A DNA stretch of 64,000 nt, taken from positions 18,910,001-18,974,000 of the forward strand of contig NC_043012.1 in NCBI RefSeq assembly GCF_006345805.1, given 5' to 3'. Below the pieces are notes generated by a model. It was given only the letters and a program-made list of their open reading frames with translations, was not told where the DNA came from and searched no databases. Position numbers and translations under genes: made by a program. This document shows positions 52,946 to 64,000 of this stretch, piece after piece. This DNA comes from Octopus sinensis (lineage: Eukaryota). The first letter of the stretch is position 1; every line of letters begins with the position of its first letter.

Positions 52946-54313
52946 TGTGTGTGTGTGTGTGTGTGTGGGTGTGGGTGTGGGTGGGTGTATCTGCGCTGAA
53001 GTTTTAGATATATTAATAAATAAATGGATGCATAATTCAGTAATAATATATGCAACGATATGCATATAATATCCATTAAATAAAAATAAAAATACAAAAC
53101 TACACACACAATGGAACACACACGGGCTATCAATATTGTACTTGACAACTATACATAAGTATACAGAAAATGCATGTACACATGCATACGCGCATATATG
53201 AAAGTTAGTGCATTGAATCTGTGTGCGCCGGTGTGTGTGTATGCGTGTGTTTTAGATTTAATTTAAAGAATATATGTATAAACGTACGTCTTTACTTACT
53301 GAATAACACATCAAGTTAGGAGTATAACTAAAAATTGATGACTGACACTATTCTACTTCTGTGTTTTAATCTCTGCCTCATTGTATCTCTGTTTCGAAAA
53401 GTATCTGATTTCTAAGCTCAATAAACATATTTCGTCTAATATAATTTATATTTTCCCATCAAAATAAAAATCAATGTGATTATCAAAGTAATGAAACATG
53501 TGAAAAATTATATACTGTTTTTGAAATCACAGGTTTACAACAAAATAAACCGAGTTTCTGGACTCAAATCTAGTCTTATGAGAACAAAATATCTCCGATA
53601 TATGTTATATATCTGTATAGAAATTCGGTGTCCACAGGTTACTGATGCTAGCTTGGAAAAAGAAGAAAGAGGGCACGATAGACAACCGTATGTGGTCCGT
53701 TTTGAATTAGGCCAGATTACAATAAATGAATAGTTCTTAAACATATGCAGACAACTCGCAGCAGTCTAAAGTAATGCTCTCAGTAATATTGCTATTCATA
53801 GAGCTTAGAGAAGAGAAACAATACAACAAAAATGCTCGCAATAAAGTTGGAGACAGATTATTGAAACATGTCTTTACACAATATGCCTACATAAAATGCA
53901 GCAGAACAACCCCGCAATGAGAAAGAAAGACGCAGTGTAATCAATACAACCAGACACGCGTAGTGTTACATAAAACAATGTGCCGGAAGGCTTACATATT
54001 ATACATGTTTCTGCATTCTGCTCTTGGAAACCAAATTCTCGAAACTGTCAGCAGAACAATGTCAACCGAAGAAATATGTGTTTGCCAGAGGACAGAGAGT
54101 GAACCGATGACGAGCCTATATTTCACGCTATACTCAGCAAAACAATTCGTCAGAAACGATTGACAACTATGCCACATAAATATGCAGAAAATGCATGTAC
54201 ACATGCATACGCGCATATATGAAAGTTAGTGCATTGAATCTGTGGGAGATTATGCGTACATGTTTATAAGCATGGATATGCACATGGATGTTGTGTCTTT
54301 ATGTATTATATTT

Positions 54314-54401
<88 letters not shown>

Positions 54402-55039
54402 TGATATATAGATATAGGTATATATATATGTATATAGATACATACATACACACACAAACACACACACAAAAACGTATACACATGCTCACATCGACACATT
54501 CATATTGCACATACCCATGCATATATAGAAGCTATGGGTTGAATATTAGTCTTTTTTCTCCATTTGGAACACGCATATTTTCTATAAACACAAGTCACCC
54601 TATGTCATACATCAGTTGTATTTGCCACATATAATACATACGTATTGAATATAAATTATTTCACTGCATGAAACATAATTCCGCTGTGAAATGCAGACAA
54701 GTCGCCCTCACGTCATTTCCATACAAATTAAGAAGCAGAAAGACACAATGTGTGACTTAGTCCTAGTTATTATGTTATGTTCCGTCAGTGGTTAACTGCC
54801 TTTAAACAACAGCTGCCTGACGCATCTGTGCATATATGTGGCGGCAGAAATAATGTTTGAATCATGAACATAAAATCAATATAAACATTGTTCTTGTAAA
54901 CACAACCACAATCTAAATATAAATAATGAGATACTCGTGGAATCGTATATAAAACATGTACATAATTTAAATTATATTAAGGGTTAATTCTTGTATTTAA
55001 AAGGCACGCTCACATACATACATATATGCTCACACATAC

Positions 55040-55091
<52 letters not shown>

Positions 55092-55529
55092 CAGTTGATA
55101 ATGCATTCGTAATTGCTTAAATATTCATTAAGACGAAGAATATATTTACAAATTCTCTCTAGTGTATTTCATGCATAATATAAAGCAAAATGCATTGCAA
55201 AAGCCGTGCGTAATCCCTCTCCACATGTATGCATCTCTAATAAGCATGTGTGTGGGAGGGCGTTATATTGATCGTCAAATATTTATCTAAATTGCGTCTA
55301 TAAACTTAAATTAATAAAATCAATAGTTTAACTAATATTATGCAAAAGTTGATATTTGAAGGCGGTCGAGAGACTAAAGAAGCAAAATTTGGTAAAATAA
55401 GCAATTTTTGGTTCTGATTAATATTTAATCTTCGAAATATATGCAAAAAAATATTCTGATAAAACTTTTATATTATTCCGAACTGAAATATGCTACGTAT
55501 ATTTAAATATGCTAATACGTGAAGCCCTT

Positions 55530-55705
55530 CGGGCAGCAAGCTGAGAGAAATGATATCACATCACGCTATTCAAAATGCTTAGCGGTTTTTCGTTTGTCTT
55601 GCGGTCTGAGGTCACATTCTGCCGAGGCCTGTTGCCCTTCGATCCTCTCTGTGTCGATGAAATAAGTATCGGTTAATCGCTAAGGTGGACGTCATCGATT
55701 TGTAA
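55530..55705 (+). mobile_element. SINE S1 subfamily copy
   Basis: aaaatgcttagcggtttttcgtttgtcttgcggtctgaggtcacattctgccgaggcc...aagtatcggttaatcgctaag. Confidence 0.75.
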
Positions 55706-56113
55706 CTAATATCTCGTGCATTCCAATAAGATATAGTATATGTAAATTACAACTCGTGTATCAATGCTATAGATATACTGTATGTGATGTAAAATTTACG
55801 ATGTTTAATATAAGGTAAACATGTACAAATATATGCACATCAAGATACGAAATTAACATGAAGCATATTGATCTCTAAACAAATGTATTTCACTCACAGC
55901 ATCAATATTTAAAAATGTTATACTTTCACACGAAATCTCGTTGGTGTGATTTTAACTATACTCATATACTATTCTCAGTATATATTGAAAGTCCTAAATT
56001 AATCTTTGCAGTATATGAATTTAGGTGGAGACATGGTCGCGTAAGTCTACTTCTGAAATACACACACACATGACCATATACCTTCATGTATAAATGCGCA
56101 GACGCACACACAT

Positions 56114-56183
<70 letters not shown>

Positions 56184-56220
56184 ATATTTATACATATATG
56201 TATATATATATATATAATAT

Positions 56221-56257
<37 letters not shown>

Positions 56258-59200
56258 GTCTGTGTGTGCGTGTGCGTGTGTGTGTCTATATATATTCATG
56301 CATACATATACACGCACATTCACAGACACACACAAACATTCATATACACACATAAAACGTATGCGTGGATGCAGACAATTGGCAGCTTTTGTTTGAAATC
56401 TTATAAATGCAATTATTAATATTTTTTCGGCAAAGTATTTCATGAATGGGATATTTACGTAAAGGCTATAGGATTCTTGTATTGTTTGTGGAGGATATAT
56501 TGTTCCTTGTGTCTGTATTAACTCAGGACTTTCTTTCATTTTAGGTAATAAACTATTGAATATGCCCTTAACGACCAAATACATGATACGAAAAATATTT
56601 TTCTTTTTTGGTCAGGGTACCAAAATACATGCTTTTGAGAATAAAATATAAATTAATGGTGTTTGAGTCGATAGCTATTAAGCTTAGATTTTGTTGTTAG
56701 TGATAATCATATTGAAACGCAAACCTTGACGCAATTGTGTTTATGAGTGCAGTTAGATGAGCTGATATGTTGCTAGATACATTTTGTTTTACCTGTATTA
56801 CAAGCAATTATTTGAACATGCTAAATCATGGAGCAAGTTTGAATAAAATAATTCTATAATTGCATCCCATTGTTTCGTCACCACATTGATTTTTTTCTGT
56901 TATGCAGTTTTCCTTTATATATATTTAACTTTGGATAGCAACCAGGAGCTTATTATCTGTGTTCATTACATCTAATTATATAAGTTTTCACCTTTTAGTT
57001 TCTTATGCATCACATATTGCATGCTCACAGACAGGTTTATCCTATGATGTATTAACGTCTGGTCGTTTTATACTTTTAAGAATATAACACCCAAACAAAT
57101 GTCAACGCTAAAAAATATATGTTTGAAAAGCCTGAGATATTTTTATAATATATTCAACAAATTCTACAGATGTCCTATATGAAAATCTACTCGTTGCACT
57201 TTCATTCCGCAGTCAGAGAAAATCCTAGTTTCTATCCATTACTGCAAGAAACAAACATGAAAGATTTTAAAACGCAGTCTTTAAATTATGACAACCGTTT
57301 GAACACATACTGTAAGAATGATAATATCGCCAACAATGATTTCATTCATGAATAATATAGGGTAGGCACACGGTAAGGAATGGTGTATATTTCACCTACA
57401 ACCCTCCTAACACTAACAACATCTTCATCAATTCTGTAAACATTCAATGTTTTTACATTTCAACGAAAAAGCAAAACCCCTAAGTACATTTCACAGAGAT
57501 CCATCATCAATTTCAGCGCTATAAATCCAGATATGAAATGGTAAATAATAATTTAGCTCATTCATTGTCCACATCAGCCAAAGCAATTTGTCATTCACAT
57601 TTAGGTACACAGCATGTGATACGATGAATCGTTAAGTTATAAAATCTCTATCCAAATGGATAACAACGAGCAGCTGTCAGAAATCATTCCCTATTACATG
57701 CCACATACATCCACTAAACAGATATTCATCGTCTTTTTGCAGCGTGCAAGTGTACTGCTTATTGGTAACGTGAAAAAAATATGCACAATTGTTTGAACAT
57801 TTACTCACTTTCTGCATCACGTAAATGCTTTAGAAACACTCATATACAGCAAAGAGTTGTTGAAGTCATACACTGAACGTTACAACAATACATATATATC
57901 CGTGTATGCATAAATACCACAACTGGTGCGCTACTTCACCTATCATGTATAACAGTCAACTAAAATCTGATATCACGTTTCATTAAAGGAGTCTTCTGAA
58001 GAGCAATTGCGTATTTCTAATGTACTTGGAACCCTTCTAAATAAGGTAACCTACTTATTCACGCAATATAATGATAACATAAATGAATAGAGAAAGCTAA
58101 ATTTCAATTCTAAACAGCCTCAAGTACGTTTCGCCAAATATAAATTATATCAAAATCTGTTTGATTATATTGCTAATTTTCTCACTGACATCAGATAGAA
58201 ATTTTGTGCATCGTTCGTGGTAAGGCGTGAACAACTTTCGGCTGTGCCTTCCTTCTACAATTCAGCCTTCACAATTATGCTATAGATATCTTTTATATCA
58301 TGAGAATATTATGCATGATAAGCCATACATCAATAGGAAGAATAAAATTAAAGAAAATTATGGTAATCAGAGCATTCATCGTACAAGAAGCATATCGCTT
58401 AAAACACGATTTTATTGCCTGTATTGACATCTGCATCAAGCATTACGGTTGTTAGAATAATGCAGTTAGATGGGCATAAGAAATATCACACTGCTCAGAG
58501 TTGATGGGAAATTCACGATCAATGGGGGAATAAGTATTATATTCCTTACACAAAGAATACCGATTTGATATGTATCTGTATTAACATTGTATGAAACATG
58601 GGCTGTTACATTAAAGCAATACCTCCCTCAGAAGAAACCGCTCAGTACGCTCTACTTTGCGTGCACGAATATAATGACGTCAGTGGGATAGCTACTGAAT
58701 ATGGTGAGAAACTTGGAATAAAACGTGATGCAGATGTATGTCTTAGGAACATATGGAAATTCTGTTCCACACGGCAGAAACACAATACAATAGATCCGTA
58801 TGTGTGTGCTTGCTTATGTATTCTTGTGTGTGATGTATTTGCGCGCGTGCAGGAGAATGCCTGTGTGTAATATAGTGCAATTAGAATGCTGTACATGGGT
58901 ACTTGAAACGAGAACCACTAAGGGTATAAAGCACTTTTAAATGTTGATGAATTCTACAGGCAAGTTTATAAGATTACACTTTGCAAGTTATGTTGATGCA
59001 CACCAGGAGAAAGACATTCCACCAAGTATCTACTCGAGAGAACTTGGAAACTATTATCTCATAACAAATACAAATTTTGGTAAACCAGTATTTCAAGTGG
59101 TTGATCACATAGTTATTACTTCCGAAACAATGTCCGCTAGATATGATCTTCTCACGACCTTTGTAGGGAGAACTATATGTAATCGTGAATTAACTCGTAA

Positions 59201-59432
59201 AAGTGAATATACAGATACCGATATATGAAATGAACATTCTTTGAACCCAAAAATATAAGCCGCATCTAAATTCAGATCATGATTTACATTGTTATTTTGG
59301 TCCACAAAATAAAACGTTTTGTGAGTTAAAACGGTCCTGCCTGCTGCTTAAACTTGTAACTATTGGCAGTCTTTGAAGAATTTCCATACATAACGAACAT
59401 ATTACAACTGAAATAGAGTTATATGCAATTCT

Positions 59433-59555
59433 GACTTAGCGATTAACCGATACTTTTTTTATCGACAGAGAATGGATGAAAGCGCATCCGGCCTCGGCAG
59501 AATGTAAACTCAGACTGCAAGACGAACGAAATACTGCTAAACACTTTGAAAAACT
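59433..59555 (-). mobile_element. SINE S1 subfamily copy
   Basis: Reverse complement cttgcagtctgagtttacattctgccgaggcc...aagtatcggttaatcgctaag. Confidence 0.75.
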
Positions 59556-59712
59556 ATCTGAAAAAACCAAGGTATCTTGAAATGAAGTGGATCTATATTT
59601 TAGCAAAGAAAAACGAAAATTCAACTAAGGCAATTTTTTACGATGCTTTAAGAAACACGTTGTTGTTCCAAATTAGACTTAAGCGTCCAGTAATATATCC
59701 TTTAATATAAGT

Positions 59713-59755
<43 letters not shown>

Positions 59756-60400
59756 GGTATATGCATATATGTCTGTGTATGTATGTGTGTGTGTGCGTGT
59801 ATGTGTGTGTGTCTGTGTGTTTGTCTGTGTGTAAGGTGAATGATTCAACCACAATATATACTTCGACATTGAAAATCCACCAGTAACGTGCTCGCTAGAT
59901 CTTTTAGCTTTCAACGTCACCTTTGCCTCGGCGCATGCAACAATCCGATTCTTCGTGATAGAGGCAAAAGGAAACATCTACCTCTACTCAGACCCAGCGT
60001 ATGCAAAGTCGTTGAAATACAAATTATCCCTTAATGGATTTAAGCGCCTCCTAAGCAGCTGTGTCGACGAAGAAACAGTTAACTTAGTGCGGATGAATTT
60101 CGCGAAGTGGCTGTATCGAAAATAATACGTGGAACGTTTTTAGAGAAAGTCTCTGACGCGATCAACACATGGGCACAACGGAACCGAAAGCCCACCGGTC
60201 GATATCACAGGCCGTAGATCCACCTAATATCAAATCCAGGTATCGTAAGGGCACATGGTTGCAGAACCGATAACGCGAACGACCTAAGAACTAGTGACGA
60301 CCAATATCACCATTGTAATAGCAACAACATCAACAACCACTGTGACAACAACGGCCAACTAGCTGATGAAAACAACGACAATAGCAACAACAATAACAAA

Positions 60401-60739
60401 ATGAAAAAAAACACAAGATTCACAACAACAAAACTATCAGAGGGGCGATGCATAAATTACGCAGAGATAGATCTTTCTGCAGATGATAGCGTGGTATATA
60501 ATGCGAGTGACAACCTGGCCACTGGTAGTGGTGTAACACACCATATTAATCATATCTGTTGGGCATGTGGAAGAGAATGTAATTCGGCTGGAGGACTTAA
60601 ACGACATGCAACTGTACATGTAACCCAGTTACAACTACAGCCGGCTATAACCGGTAAAGGTATTAATTGCCAATTCTGTACAAGACATTGTAGATCTTTA
60701 GCTGGGCTAAAAAGTCACATTCGATCACAACACCAGTAA
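60401..60739 (+). mobile_element. Open frame with two C2H2 fingers, probably the 3' end of an RTE-like LINE
   Basis: HICWACGRECNSAGGLKRHATVH and INCQFCTRHCRSLAGLKSHIRSQH, with no TGEKP linker. Stop followed by a short 3' UTR similar to 17455-17500 and an ATGT-like tail. Confidence 0.65.
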
Positions 60740-61829
60740 CAGTTAAGCTTAGTGCAATGGCCATACTGGATAACGAGGAGGCAGCCATAATAATGTATGT
60801 ACGTATACGTGTCTACGCGCATAGGTATACGATGACTTATACTCACGCAGGCGAGGATCAATTCATATGAAAGAAAGTGAAATAAATATGACCACTTGCT
60901 TATCAGGAAAATTGTAAGTTCGATTAATTTTTTCTTTTTTTTTAAGATAATCACACTCATTGAACATCGTTTTGGGCCACTCAACCGACGAGTATTTCTG
61001 CCAAATGTAGTGAAAATTCTTTCAGACGTTTTCCACTAATTTTGAAAAGAGACAAACAGAAAAAGACGACTGATTAAAATACCTTGCCGGCTAACTACAG
61101 CAGCCTCAACCACATCAACACGAACAACAGCAACACAGCAGCAACAAGCGCAAAGCAAAAATTAACGGCTGGAGACGTGACAACCATGGCGATCTATACA
61201 AAAAAGGGGACATGAACGAGAAGACCTACATAATAATCACTGGGGCTACGTTGTTCTGCCATACTACCGGGAGACCATAGAGAACTAGTTTTCAAAATAA
61301 CATCACGAGATCTTACCTCCCCGACAGTTTCATAAAACGAGGCCACGCGCGCAAGTACTATCTTGCACACATCAAACAGAAGTATGCTGATTAAACTAAT
61401 GTCCGAACGGAAAAATTCAACCAATGGAGTGCGACCGGTGATATATTTGTTTTTATATGTATAGTGGTGTACTTCACGACACGCTCCTGAGGATGGAATA
61501 ATTTGGATCGACCCTGAGGAGTTTCAGCTTAGTGGGAAGGAACGCAGTTTACACGCCATACTTCCAGTGCCTTGTTCTAACCACCACAAAAACTATGAAA
61601 TGGGTTTCTCCACACGCATCCTGGCGTCGGGGAGGGATGCAATTACTCCTAGTATTACAGAGGAAACGATTACCCAGTTGAACCGACTTAATGCACGTGA
61701 ATGCGTAGAAACGGAGCCACTGATTCCAGGATCTTTAATCACGAAAGAGCGAAAACTCTTAACTACAATCGAGAAAGAGTACAAAAATAGATTAAAAAGG
61801 GCTATCTATCAATTTATCTCTCTCTCTCT

Positions 61830-62603
<774 letters not shown>

Positions 62604-63536
62604 TAAATATATATATATGTATGTTTGTGTGTGTGTATGTATGCATATATGTATGTATATATGTATGTTTGTATGTATTATATCTAAATACACTAATATA
62701 TTTATATAGGGACAAGTATGCATATTAAGATATATACATTTACATCATTATGTGTGTATGTGTGTGCACGTGTATATACATATATACAAGTGTATGTGTG
62801 TATGTGTGTGTGTGTGTGGGTGGGTGAATGTGTGTGTGCATATATATATATATGCACAATGACTTGAATCTCTCTTGTGTGATAAAAAATAGAATATTTT
62901 CAGTAAACAATATGCGCACCTCACTGAAGGAACAGTTAAGAAACTAAAAGTCAGTCATAATTTCATTAGGCCTGTCACTGCTTGCATATAAATAGAAGTC
63001 GAAAATATTTTCAAATAATTTTCTTCTGAATATATGCTAAACATCTATGGCCTAGGGTGCTACAATATTTTTATTGAACAAATCTGTTTCGGCATTTGCT
63101 TCTGTATTTCAAGTTGGCTAAATATGGTGGATTATTTGTATTTCAACCAAATATTTCTTTTCTATTTGCCGTGGAGCTAAAATGATTTGGACATTTTTCA
63201 GAATATCCTCCGGTCACTACAAGTTCGATGCCATGAAATCACTAAAATTAAATATTCCCAACAATTCCCGTTATGTTTTGTAAAGCCTCTAGATGTATCA
63301 CGAATAATATTTCATGAAAATGACATTTACCCAATCATCACTATAATGCATGAACTTTTGGAAGTAATTTTTGTTTCGACATCACCCCTATGAATAACTA
63401 ATAATTGTTAATGGTAACACGTTTATGCAGTACATACGGCATATGTGTTGGGGTGCCTCAAGCTTATATTGATCAATCAAACAATGCTTAATATTCGAGC
63501 GTAGATGGATAGACATAGATATTATTTACCGAAATC

Positions 63537-63603
63537 CGTTTTTATCGTTGTCATAGCACACACAGATACAGAGACACCTTTTCATACTGAATGCATATGA
63601 ACG

Positions 63604-63668
<65 letters not shown>

Positions 63669-63692
63669 TTATATATACATATATATATATAT

Positions 63693-63741
<49 letters not shown>

Positions 63742-63799
63742 CGTTTTTATCGTTTTCATAGCACACACGAGACACCTTTTCATATTGAATGCATAGAAC

Positions 63800-63845
<46 letters not shown>

Positions 63846-63880
63846 TATATATATATTATATATATATTATATATATATAT
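63537..63880. repeat. 205-bp-period tandem duplication of a ~65-bp block plus (TA)n
   Basis: cgtttttatcgtt(g/t)tcatagcacacac..gagacaccttttcata(c/t)tgaatgcata at 63537 and 63742. Confidence 0.85.
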
Positions 63881-64000
63881 TAAAAAATTAACCTTAAAAT
63901 AGAAACAGACATTTTTTACAAAGCCACAGACGCCAAACAATACCTTCTTTTTAATTCATGCCACCCAAGACACACTAAAACAAACATCCCCTTCAACCTT

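Noticed and set aside
57996-58017. CTGAAGA-GC-aatt-GC
   Set aside because: Not followed by GAAA, and no permuted partner strands nearby.

Overview
AT-rich, microsatellite-dense eukaryotic non-coding DNA. The SINE, LINE and simple-repeat families resemble those I recall from octopus genomes; this is inference, with no database search run. I recognise no host protein-coding exon, rRNA, bona fide tRNA gene or CRISPR array, and almost all ORFs in the track are microsatellite translations or transposon debris. Recognisable content: about 15 tRNA-derived SINE copies; a train of five co-oriented Dong/R4-type non-LTR pieces separated by (TAA)n at 12.3-15.8 kb; RTE-type LINE fragments, two ending in C2H2 fingers; Tc1/mariner remnants; a MITE; and several local duplications. 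The most notable signal is a set of short non-coding repeats carrying hammerhead-ribozyme cores, in the style of Penelope-like element (PLE) termini. These are: (i) an intact-looking type I hammerhead at 20103-20196, inside an 84-bp inverted repeat; (ii) a family whose two copies share a variant CUGUNGA core (8281-8466 and 20327-20537); (iii) a tRNA-headed SINE whose tail is a decayed hammerhead module (38.5-39.1 kb); and (iv) two sequence-divergent repeats (22.35 kb on +, 44.95 kb on -) in which all three hammerhead core strands occur with matching stems I and III, in the same non-circularly permuted order and with near-identical spacing. None of the ribozyme activities is demonstrated.
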